A stretch of DNA of 64,000 nt from Moniliella sp. 'wahieum' (lineage: Eukaryota). Below are positions 26,097-37,567 of this stretch, in pieces (position 1 is the stretch's first letter; every line of letters starts with the position of its first letter). The notes beneath the pieces are model-generated. The model was not told the DNA's origin. It did not search any database and saw only the letters and a list, made by a program, of their open reading frames with translations. The translations under genes were made by a program, and so were the position numbers. The stretch covers positions 186,001 through 250,000 of the forward strand of contig RSEE01000072.1 of assembly GCA_003971905.1 (NCBI GenBank), in the 5' to 3' direction.

Positions 26097-28223
26097 TCAT
26101 TTGCTTGGTTCCGACCCAGTGTCAAGGAACGACAGACGCACCGTCCTGTCAAACCCAGCACTGAGAACGTACTCATCCGTCAAGGCAACCAGCCCACGAA
26201 TCGCAGTGTTTCCACCCGACGAAGCCGCGGAAGAAGAAGGGGATCCATTGGGGATCGCGCCTCGGCTCCAAGCGAGCGACTGGCGCATAAGCGCCGCGCT
26301 GCGCTCGCGTGCCTCCCTCGGGCGTCTGAGAGGATAGTTTGGCGTGCGTCGGTGAGAGTGGGAAGCGTAGCGGATGGTGCGGTCGTCGAGCTCGTGTCCG
26401 GCCGCGCTGAGGACGAGGCAGTACCATGGATGGGAACCGAGGCACGGATCCGGCCTTGCAAGTCCAAGCACCGTACCCAACCATCTTCGCCTCCTACCAC
26501 GACGGCTGTGCCGGACGGTGTCCAAGCGTGCCGAGTGACGCCGAGTGAGGACACCGCCACCCCGGTCCACAAATCCGCCGCCCGCGAGGTCCCATCGGCA
26601 TGCAGCGGGAGCAAGATTAACCGGCTGGAATGGCCGCCTGCGCCTTCCGATCCGACCAGGCCCAGGGCCGTCGATTCCGATGGACCAGTTTGTAATGTCA
26701 AGTATGCCCCACTGGGGTGCAACGACGTTTCCACCTACCCCCCGACATGCCGTGCGTCAGCACCGGCCCTGGTCCCTACCCATCCCAACTTAACCCATTC
26801 CAACGTGGAGGCAAGAGACGTACGATGCTATACGACGAATGGCGGTCGAGCCGGTGCGCATTGGTGTTGTAGGCGATATGTTCAAAGTCGCGGACGGGAC
26901 GGGCAGTGTTGTCAGTCTCGTCTGCCACGTTCATCGCGCCCAACTGGTCTTCCACCGCGTCCGAACGGGGCAACGCAACGTAGTGTACATCCGAGTCGCC
27001 TCGAACCGTATAGACGAGCCAGGCGCGCCGACGACGACCGACCACCCGTTCCCCACCCACTGTCCCACGTCCCGTGTAAAATTCGGCTTCTCCACGCCGC
27101 GGGAAATCGTCCTGCGTTCCTTGCTCTTGCTCTTCCTCCTCCTCCTCCTCCGATTCGGCGCCATCCTCCGCCCCCACTCCAGTCTGCGCCGGGACAAACA
27201 AGATCGTCTCCGGATTGGAGGTACCAGTGTGAATCGTGTGGATTTTGCTGTACCTCACGCCTGTCATGGGCACTGGCTCGTCCGCGTCCACCGGTGCGTC
27301 CGGGTCAGCTTCGTGTTCCGCCTCGGGCAGCTGGGCGTCGGGGTCAAACACAGGTTGGGCGTGAGCATCCAGGGCGTAGAGGTGAATCTGTTTGTCGTAG
27401 CCGGCCGAGGCAAAGAAACGGCCATCGGGGGTAAAGGCAACCCGAACGACAAATTTAGTGTGATCCGAGAGGATCTGTACTTTTCGCGCGTCGGTAGGAG
27501 TTTGCGCCGAATGCAGCAAATCGGTCAAGACGACGCGACCGTCCATACCGCCTGTGGCGAGAAGACGACCGGGGAGTTGGTTGGTGCGCCAAGCGAGCGC
27601 GCTAGGCGTCGACGCGCTCACACCGGCCGGAAGAGGTTGGGCAACCGACAAGATGGCCCCGCCGTGGTACCCCTCGAGTGAATCCACCACCTCCGCCTGG
27701 ACCTGGGCGAGCTGGTGAGGGGAAGGGTGGGCGTGGGGCGCAGGCAGGCCCTCAATCTGGGTGAATGCCACCCTACGGTCCGCTGCGGTGGAGGCTAGCG
27801 TGTACGAGAACGTGGTGCACAGAGTGGCAGAGGCCAAATCAAACGAATAGCGCGGGATGAAGACCGTCTGAAGCGAGAGGATGTTGGCACCATGGATGTG
27901 GCCCCAGACCGGACCGGGACACAAGCTCCACGGCCGGCCAGGATGGACGGTGGAGCCCGAAGGAAGCAGTGCACGCAGCGGATGACGCGCTGCTCGTTTC
28001 TGGGCACGCATCGCCTGGGCACGCGCGCGAGAGAGGTAGCGCTCAGCAAGCGAGGGCAGCGTCAGCCCTCCGGCACCACCGCGGGGGGCAGAGTCAGTGC
28101 AATGCCAGCCTGAGCGGCGTCCTGCTCAAAGGCGGCGAGAGTGCGGGTGTATCCAAGTTGCTCCAGGTACTGCGCAACTAGCGCATGTGCCACTTGTACC
28201 GGGTCCGCCGAGCTGTCTGCCAT
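26097..28223 (-). CDS. LisH plus WD40-repeat protein
   Basis: From ATG 28223: MADSSADPVQVAHALVAQYLEQLGYTRTLAAFEQDA (LisH-like). WD repeats LLATGGMDGRVVLTDL, HTKFVVRVAFTPDGRFFASAGYDKQIHLY, VVVGGEDGWVRCLDL, VLSAGFDRTVRL. Frameshifted. Confidence 0.82.
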
Positions 28224-28231
28224 CGTCGCCG

Positions 28232-28233
<2 letters not shown>

Positions 28234-28263
<30 letters not shown>
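28234..28263 (+). repeat. (GTC)10 microsatellite
   Basis: Perfect triplet run about 10 nt upstream of the LisH-WD40 start codon. Confidence 0.95.
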
Positions 28264-28265
<2 letters not shown>

Positions 28266-29036
28266 TGCCCTTTGAAGCGCGATTGTGAGAGTGGGTGGCC
28301 CCGTTGATCATCGAATTAAACATTGAATTGCAGTGGTGACCTCATCGGCAGCTCGGTGGCCGGTGACCTCACCGGTGAAGCTCTCGAAACTGGAAGGGTG
28401 ATCGATGATCGGGGAGCAAATAGACACGCCTCTTTCAAATAAGGAGGACCGGATCCCCAGGCCCCAAGATCCAAGGGCCCGTCGGGCTGAACGCGCCGAA
28501 GGCTGAAGACAGAAGCTGGCTACACTGAAGGGTTATCGAATCGATTGGTTGTGACCTTGTCAGCAGATGTATGACCCGTGGGTCAGTGCACAATCACTGA
28601 GTACTGACCCTTTATCGACTTCATCCAGCGTAGGCAAGCCCCGACTATCTCCCACACCTCGCCTCGTCTTCGTCCAGAGGATGAGACTCGGCTTCAAGCT
28701 TCAAGCGTCAAGAAGTAATACAATCATCGATCAGCACGCACGCAACAATGATACACGCACAGCCCCAGGCCGGACTCGGCGGAGCACCACGATGCCCACC
28801 CCTGGGCCTAAAGCCCAGGCGGGTGCACCGTGCAGTCCGCCAGCCAAAGGAGCCGCATAACCGCAACCAGAACCACAAACAAAGTCCGGGAGATGGGGGA
28901 GGGGGGGGGGGGAGAAAGAGAGAGGAGATGAGGAGGAGAGAGAGAGTCAAGAGACAAGGGTAAGGTTGGAGAGGGAGGGGGGGAGTGTCCACGCCCGTCC
29001 ACACTACCCGCGCATCATACGCCCATCATACGCCCA

Positions 29037-32000
29037 TCATACGCCCATCAGCACCCCCGCCGCAGTGAGGATGACCTGGGGAATGTCTCTCCACACGGTT
29101 TGCATTGCCGTGGTACGGGACGGGGACGGGGAGAGGAGCGGGCACCCCATCGCGGCCCATCCGTCTGGCAAGAGTTCTAGTTTGAGCCCGGCGTGGCACA
29201 CGCCCAGTACGACGGGGAACGTCATTGAGGGCGGGAGGGCAGACGACAAGGACAGCCGCACCGGCGATGGTAACGGCAAAGCCGAAGAGGAAGGTGAAGA
29301 GGAAGAGGAGGACGAAGAGGACGAAGCCGAAACCGAAGAGGAAGACGAAGAAGCAGAGGAAGAGGAAGACAAAGCTGAAGAACCATTGGACAAAGATGCG
29401 TCCGGTCGTTGGTCTGTGCCCAACTCCCGTTCCGGTGGCAGGGTGAGCAGCGCCGTGATGCGGAACGTGGGTGAACCACCTCGCGATCGAGGCAATCGTT
29501 AAACGCAGTGAACTGGATCCGCAACCACCGCAGCGGTTGCGCCGAGGTGAGAGGGACAGGCAGGTCCAACTGGTACGGATTGACAGCTACGGGTGCACAC
29601 ACCAGCGCGGGCGAGGGCGGGGCAAGCGTCGACGCGTGGACATGTGGATGTGGACGTGAACGTGGATGAGGATGGGGATCGAGCGTAGCCCAGGGCGCAA
29701 TGGCGTGACGATCGATAGAGGTACGCGAAGACGCAGAGGGCGAGGGAAGCGGATTCTTCGCCTGAGACTGAGTCTGAGTCTGAGGCTGAGGCTTGGCCGT
29801 GGCCGTGGTCTTGGTCTTGGTCTCGATCTTGGTCTGGGTCTGGGTCTTGGGTTGGGCTTCGGGCTGGGTCAGCGCGTCAGGCAGGGAGGTGGGATCGTGT
29901 GCCAGCTCAGGACTTCGACCAAAGCGGAACCGAAGCATTTTCGCGCACGCTTCCTCGTCGTCTTGCATCCAGCCAGGGAGGGGCGAAGGGGGCCGGCTGG
30001 GTGGAGCGTGCTGAGCCGCCAACGGGGCAGGGAGGGGCAAAGAGGGAGCACTTGAGGTTGGCTTTGGCGTTGACGTTGACGTGGCATGCGTACCGGAACC
30101 GGACGGGGCAGGCATGGGAAGCGTGGTACCATGCACCGGACCTTCCTTGGCGGGAGAAGGAGACACCTCGGTGCGCAGCACGGTGCGTGCCGAACGTGCG
30201 TGGTCATTTGGTGCCTCTCGGTCTTTTTCTTCATCCGACCGCGCTCCACGCGGCAGAGCGAAGCTCATGGCCAACGAACTGGGCCAGTGCCGGCTCCACC
30301 GTTCCTTCTCGGGACCCAAGGCCGGGGCGGGCAGGTGCGGGGTGTGCCCAGTCCTGCCCGCAGCCCCAGCCACAGCCACAGTCGGACGACTGGATGCAGC
30401 TCGAGGCCTGCTGATCGACGGTGGCGCCATCCGTGTGCCCGCGGCCAGTGACTTGCTCGAACGCATGGCCTGGGGCGACGCCTGCCGCTCGCTCTCCCGA
30501 GAGGTGGGAACGGTGATTCCAGTAGGCACCAATGTGTGTGCGGGGGCGAGGGAAGGGTCCTCGCGCGCGTCGCGCGCCACAGCAGGGCGCGCAAGAGCGC
30601 GAGCCGCCCGTGAAGCTGGGCCGGAGGAGAAGGAGGGTTCGGGCGAGGTGGGGCCTGCGGCATGACCGCTCTCGCCCGCCCGAGAAGCGTGGGCATGGTT
30701 CGAGTGGGGATGCAAATGCAAAGCACGAGCGGTGGAAGAAAGTGAGGTGGGCAACATGCGCGCCGTGCGCCGTTTGGGCACCACCTCTGTCTCGCCCAGT
30801 GGCGGTGGGCCAGAAGGAGGGGAATGCACTTTGGTCTCTTTGCTCTCTTTGGCCTTCCCGGTGGCCCCGCTGCCGGACCAGACCCAATTGGGCAAACTTG
30901 GGTGCGAAGTTGAGCCGCCGGCAAGGATGCTGGTTGTCAACCCCCGTGGGCGGGAGGGGGATTGTTCTCGTGTGCGCGGGCGGGCACGAGGGGGAGAGGC
31001 CGAGCCGGGTGAGATGAGTGGTGGCTCTTGCCTTGCCGCCTCTACGACCTGAAACTGGTGTTTCCATTGAAGCGACCGGCTCAGGCGCTCGTTTTCGGCC
31101 GCCGTGGCACCAGCCGGCGCCGACCAACCTAAAGGGGAGGGGCCCGAAGAGGAGAGGGCAGAAGTGCCACGCAAGGTGGAACTGTAGGAACGGTCTGGGC
31201 CCTCTTCATGCAGAGATGAACCGTGTTGCAAGACTGATCCGTGGAATCGAGTAAGAGTCAATATCACCATACCGTAGAGAGAAAGAGGGCGCAGGGGGGG
31301 GATTGGCGAGAAGAAAACATACCATCTTGTTCCAAGGATGCAGCCGGGTGAGGCTGAGGACGCTTAAGGTTAAAACGAGACATGAGGGCACGATCCCACC
31401 TGGAGAGGGATGCGCGGCGCTCATCCGCATTGGCACCCAGGCGTCCTAGCCTCTGAGGTCGTGAGCAAGGAAGGTTGCGCCCAATTGCTGGAGGAGAGAA
31501 GCCAAGACCATGCCCCTGATGAACCAGGTGAGTACCCGTGCGCATCCAGGTCCGACGACGGGAGCCAAGTGGTACCGTCCTGTGAAGCGCGCGCTGAGGA
31601 TGACCCTAGATCGGTCTGTGGTTGGGATGGAGGAACAGATGACTGGCACTCCGTTAGGCCCGTGAAGGAGCGGGCCCGGTGCATGCGGGACGTACGCCGC
31701 GTACCAGGAGGGAGAGGCGAGCAGGAACGAGAACCTGGGGTTGAACGGGCCATGGGCAAGCCAGTCGTTGGCACGGTAGAAAGCGGATCGGGACCGCTGT
31801 TGCGCTTGGGAGGTGCAGTGGCGAGGGAAGGAAGGAGAGTGCGCCCATGAGCACGCACATGCGGTTCGGAGGAACTGGGCGAGCGGGCGTATGCAGCAAA
31901 TGTGGTTTGGTGTGAGTGCCACCCATGGATTTTCCGGTGCTCACAGTGAAGAGGCGTAAGCGTCCGCGTCCGCGGACCGAGGTAGCCGTTGACGTAGAAC

Positions 32001-33372
32001 TTGTTGGCGTGGTCGAAGGGGGAGACGAAGGCGTGGTGGATGGGTTGGAAGATTCGGATGAAGTGGATTCGCGGGGTGTCTCCAGATCATGGTTGGCCAA
32101 ACGAATTGGGGTAAGACCATGGTGCGATCCAGAGAAGAGGAAGAGATGGAAGGTGGTAGGGGTAAGAGTAAAGACGGTGGTGGACCGTGGGGCGAGCGGA
32201 AACGGGCCACAGGACTTGAAGGTTTCTTGTCCGTCATGGGCACGGCCCTGGGAAGGGGGGTCGGTGGTGCAGGCAAACGCGAAACAAGGATAAGCATAGA
32301 CTGCTGGGCAGTGCGGGGAGCGCTGCGGAAGAAACTGGGGATGCTCACGTCCGAGAGGGTTTCGGGTGTGCAGTGGGCCAATATCAAGAAGCGTCTTCCC
32401 GGACCCGGGTTGAGGGGAAGGACAACGTGGAGGCATTCAATGATGCCTGTGGCAATGGGGAGGCGAAAAAGCCGATGGAAGAGAGCGCATCACGGTACTC
32501 GGTCAGCCATCGACCACATCCGTGTGGTCCAACAGAGGAGACGGATGGAGAGATATACTGCCACAACGGACGGAGGGCCAGGTCATCCTCATCCTCATCC
32601 CCATCCCCCTCCAAGTCAGTGTCGGAGCGGTCCAGTTGGGAAGGAAACAGGAGCCCTCGGTCGGCGGACGACTCCTCGGTATCAGATACAGTGGGACGCG
32701 CCAAGGAGGCACACAGAAAGCTCGATGTTCGAGGGCGAGCCTTATTTGGGTGGAAACGCCGACGCATCGCAGAGCCTCAGCGATCAAGTCCGAGTCAAGC
32801 GAGGCAATGTCGCGGTCCGAATCAAGACCAAGACTGGCGAACCCGCCCAGTAGCCCCGAGGGAGGCGTCAGGGGGCCAGGATGCGAGTCATGCCGGGCCA
32901 CGGAGGAGGCAGGAGGGAGTGCTAAGGGATGAAGAAGGGCGGGCACAGCTACGACGCAGGTGTTGTGCAAAGGAGTCCTCGTTATCCTCCAGACCGGTAG
33001 CAGCAGGAGAGGGGCGCGCAGGGTGCGGGTGGAGGGGTGGTGGCGGACTAGGGGCCAGGGTGGTGGGCGACACGGAGGGCAAGGGAGGGGCCCAGGCGAT
33101 GGGGGTAGGGGGTCGCCGATGCTGTTGATGGATGGGGACGGGGTGAGGGAGGGCGGGGGCGAGGAGGCAGAGAGGCGGGCGGGGCACGGGAGGGGATGTT
33201 GGCCAGGGCGCGGTTGCGGGCGTGGGAAGAGAGGAGGCCGAGCGTAATAGACGAGCGATGACGGAGGGGCGGGGGGAGAAAGTGGGAGGAGGGCGAGGGC
33301 GAAGGGGACGGCGACGGGGACGGCGAGGGCGAGGCGAGGGCAAGAGAGACGCCGGCAGCGGCAGCGGGGCAT
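29037..33372 (-). CDS. Large low-complexity hypothetical protein; 5' boundary uncertain
   Basis: 682-aa ORF 29222-31270 plus adjoining minus-strand ORFs. Structured-looking C-terminus YQLDLPVPL..LRWLRIQFTAF..LKLELLPDGWAAMG..VWRDIPQVILTAAGVLMGV. Possible intron near 31320. Could be more than one gene. Confidence 0.5.
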
Positions 33373-36300
33373 GCTGGCGCTGCTGGTGCGTCGGCGGAGA
33401 TGACGCGTGGACGGTGGCCGTCGAGGCTGGAAGATGGATGGCCGTCGACGCCTGGCGGGGGGAGGGCAGCGAGATGGTGATTGCAGATGGAGCCGGGCAT
33501 GGGTGATCGATAGGTGTCGATAATCGATAGTCGATAGCTGCAGCAGCCGCCAGCCACAGCCGCCACAGCAGCACAGGGGAGCAGTCTCATGCATGCTCAC
33601 GCATCGCCTCACGCGTCACACTCATCCCATGCATCAATCATCGATCACGCCTCACGCCTCACGACTCAGTCGCAGCACCAAGTACTAATAGCACTCACAA
33701 ATCATCCATCCCACACCATGCATCACCGCCTACTAGATACCACCCTTGCAGGCAGCACGAGCCCTGCCGCAGCACGCGCGCCACCACTTCCGGTGGCAGC
33801 TACATCGCTCGGCCTGCGCTGCGCTGCCCTGCCTATCTGCCTGCGCCTGCCGCACCTTGCCGGGCACATCATGCATCCGCCATCACGCCATGCCACCGCT
33901 CGGCTGCTGTCGTCGCAAGCCGCGTTTTCCCACACGGGCGCTGTGGGACTGTCTGGCCAGCGGCATCACTAGCAGCGCCAGGCTGTGCCAGGCAGGAAAC
34001 AGCAGCACGCACCAACTCGCATTCTGGAAGCTGGGCGCTGGAGCCGGGAGCATCGAGCAGGGCGTTTTGCGCCGCATGCAGCTGGCACGGGGGTCGCGCT
34101 GGGCCCTGGCAAGCCTGCGCATCGCAGGCGATCGTAGTCGATGTCGTGGTACCCTGTTGTACCCTCCTGGGCATGTTGCTGGCGCGCATGCCCCAGGGGC
34201 GCACACTTCCCCCCCCCCCCCCCGATCCCGATGGGTAGTATACTTACAGTCCTTAGTGGCTAGCGCAGTGGCTGGACAGGCGGGGCAGTGGTGGGGCACG
34301 GGCCGGCAGCAGACGGCTTGGACAGACGCCGTGGCGCAGGACTGGCGCAGGCTGCGCAAGCTCTGCACGCCCTGCTGCTCGCTGCGCTCAGCCTGACTCA
34401 CCCAGTAGGCATTCAAATGTTCAGCGCAGCGCCTCCCCGGGCCCCGCGCACTTACTAGGCCACACCGCTGCACGCTGCACGGGCCGCGTCTGCTCCCACG
34501 TACCTCCGCAGTGCATCATGCATCACAACCTTGGTAAGCAAGCCACGCATTATGCTTGGTGGCATCATGCATCGCATCCTGTCCTGCGCGTAAGCAGAAG
34601 CGCGTAGCATGCCAGCAGCGCGCTGCTCGAGTGTGCGCTGTCTGTGACGCGTCCCACACACATCACATGCCGCATGTCACATGTCACATGCGCATCGCAC
34701 CATTGCAAATTTCCTTCGGCCCATTCCATATTCACATGCGGGTTGGACGTTGCACAGATAAGATCTAAGATCTAAGATCTAAGAACGATCCCAGGGACGC
34801 GCGCCGCGGAAACGCCAAAACGCGCAAGTCAAAAGTCTACCTATCCTCACAGCATCTGTAGTGGGCCTTGGATTACCCGATCGTCCATCCTCGATCTTCT
34901 ATCTGATCGCCCGTCGCCGCCCGACGTACGTCCAACCTTCGTCTGTGCCATCTGTTATGGCCATCGCATTCCCTGCATATCATAAGCCATCAATATATCA
35001 TCAATGCCACCCAGCAGATGGAGCAGGGCACAACACTCATGGCATGAATAGCCCCCCTTTTTTCAACCTTCTCTGTCATGTTCAACGCGCCCAAAAACAC
35101 CTGTTGTATACGCAGGCGCATGTCCTACCAGAGTGTATGTCTTCTCTTGATATCTGAAACGGATCTGGATCGAGTGACGCACGGTTCGCCGTCGGTCGGA
35201 ATTGTTGTTGCGCCCCGTCTTTTTCGCATCTTTTCTCGTCAGAGTTCCCCGTGACAGCAGCTGCCGCCAGGACACCCGTCCTCCTTACCGTCCTTATTTC
35301 GTTGTTTTCTGTCCTTTTGTTACTCGCGCCTCTGCGGATCCGATCTTCATCCAGTCTTACCAGAGCTTGCTCTCAAGCCTCACCAAGCCTCGTGGTGAAG
35401 TGGTCAATTCCTTTCCGGTGGCCCGAGTGGTCATCGACCTACATATCCTTGGCGACGACCGTCGCCCCCCCTTCATTTGTTTATATGTTCTGTTCGTACC
35501 TGTTTTCTTACTTATTCTTACCCACAAGTTTCGTCATTATTATTGGGGACGGAGCGCTGCGAATCTACTTTTTCATTTTGTTCCTCGCCTGATGGAAATG
35601 ATCCCTCCCTGAAGGTGACTGATGTTCACTGCCTTGTCTATCCCCCTGTCTTCTTCCTCTACTGCCTTATTTCCCTTTTCGTCTCCGTCTGTAAAAGCAA
35701 TGCATCGTGGGTTTCCCTTACATATTATCCACCAGCATATATTTGCCTCATGTCTTCGTCAATCCACATGCGGTACAGGAAGCACCTCCTCTTTTTGGGG
35801 GCTGCCTCCTCTTCTCTCTACCTTTTTCTCATAAGTCCAAAAATCGCTTCATTCTCATTTTAGCACCGGTCCCGTCCCTGTGCCAAGCCAGCCTGCCAGG
35901 TTAGCATTGCCCTCCGGTGTCTCTTTCCCCGTCCCCGAGTATACGGACAGCTTGAGACACGTCCGACTCACTACGATGCTCAATCCTCCGGTGCCTACGC
36001 AGCCTAGCCACACAAGGTACCGCCTCTCTTCTATACGCCGAGAGGCGTCTCCATTTGTCCGATTATGCTATCGGATGATTCTCAATCGCCGTAAACACGA
36101 AACTGTCGCGAGTCGATGCTTCGGACGTCAAACGGGCTGTACCGTGTACCCCTAAAACCCCGGGGTATGGGGGCCTCGGGGTTGGGGTCCGCCCGTTAAC
36201 CGGTGCAAAAATGAGAGCGAAACCCAAACGGGGCCCATCAGCTATAACCACCTCCCCATGATACAGTGTTTGACCATGCACACTGCTTCAGTCGAGAATC

Positions 36301-36785
36301 GTCTCGGCTTATCGTACAAGTACTAGAATATATTGGCGTAGATACACATACCATTGCGCCAATCACCGGCCCACAAAAACAACGGGGGAAACAACAATCG
36401 AGACACAAAACAAAACACAACCATCATGGTCACACCAGCAGGCCAAACTACAAACAAAACAGGGGAGGGGGGACTGGGAGCAGTGGGAACAGGGATTAGA
36501 CGGTGTTGGATACCTCAGTGCATCAACAGACGTCTTGGATTATTGTAGGGTGCACACACCGCCCTGGAAATAGAAGGGTACCAGGGGGGAGGACCAAGAA
36601 AGGGGGAGATCTAGGCAAAGTCGGGATCCGGACCTAAGAGCCGTGGGAAGGGAACGTTCACCCAAACGTCCAGAGCAAAAGCGACTTGTCGGCGGGTATG
36701 GCATTGCTTCCAACGTGGGCCAAGAGTGTAAAAAGAGCCGACGGGTTATATACGGCAGCGCGGGGCAGGGCCCATTCCAACTGCG

Positions 36786-37567
36786 TTAGACAGTTGCCAT
36801 AGGCGGGGCAACCTCGGTCGACTTTTTGGCAGGCTCCGTAGGAACCTGAACGGTGCCTCAGTCTGTTGTACAGGTTTCGTCTCGGCCGCCTTCTCGCCAT
36901 GCACATTGACAGTAGTGGACACATGCGTCTTCTTCGGGTGCGGCTCGAGCTTGTCTGCTGTCTCTTCAATGGCTTTCTTGGTGCGCTCAAAAAACGAGGT
37001 GCGCACCTTGTTCACCTTTATGCTCAGGCGTCGACCTACCTTCTCCTTTTCAGGAGGGGGCGCATCGCCCTTTGCCTCCTCCGAAACCGTGGCTCCCTTC
37101 TGGGGACTTTTCCTCTGTGGACGACTCGTCGGCTTTGGGTGCCTCCCCAGCCTTGGGTGCGTCCGCAGCAGGAGTCTCCACACTGGAGACAGGCGCCACT
37201 GCTTCCTCTGTCGTGGGAGCCTCCTCCTTCTTGGGCAGCGGTGACTCGGCCTTTTTCTTCTGGGAAAGGGGGGAAAGCAGATGGTGGAGGAAGGAAGAGC
37301 GTCTGTTCTGCACGTGGTCGGGTTTTTCTTCCGTCGACTCCTTGGCTGGCGTACCTTCCTTCTTTGGGGACTCTTCGGACGACTGGGAGTTTTCTTCTTT
37401 GGTAGCTGCATCGCCCTTTGTCGTCATATTGGGGGTCTCGGGAGGAGCAACGCCGGCAGTAACTGCTTCGGGGGTAGCAGCCACCTCGGAAGTCGGTTCA
37501 GTGGGGCCCATACCCTCAGTGGCGATGGGTGCCGCGGGGTTGGCAGCCGTCTCGGGTGCAAAGACAT
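36786..37567 (-). CDS. Small charged, disordered Ala/Glu/Pro/Lys-rich hypothetical protein
   Basis: APETAANPAAPIATEG..RRSSFLHHLLSPLSQKKKAESP..EKEKVGRRLSIKVNKVRTSFF across two to three frames. The ATG directly follows a CAG acceptor, suggesting a 5'UTR intron. Confidence 0.65.
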
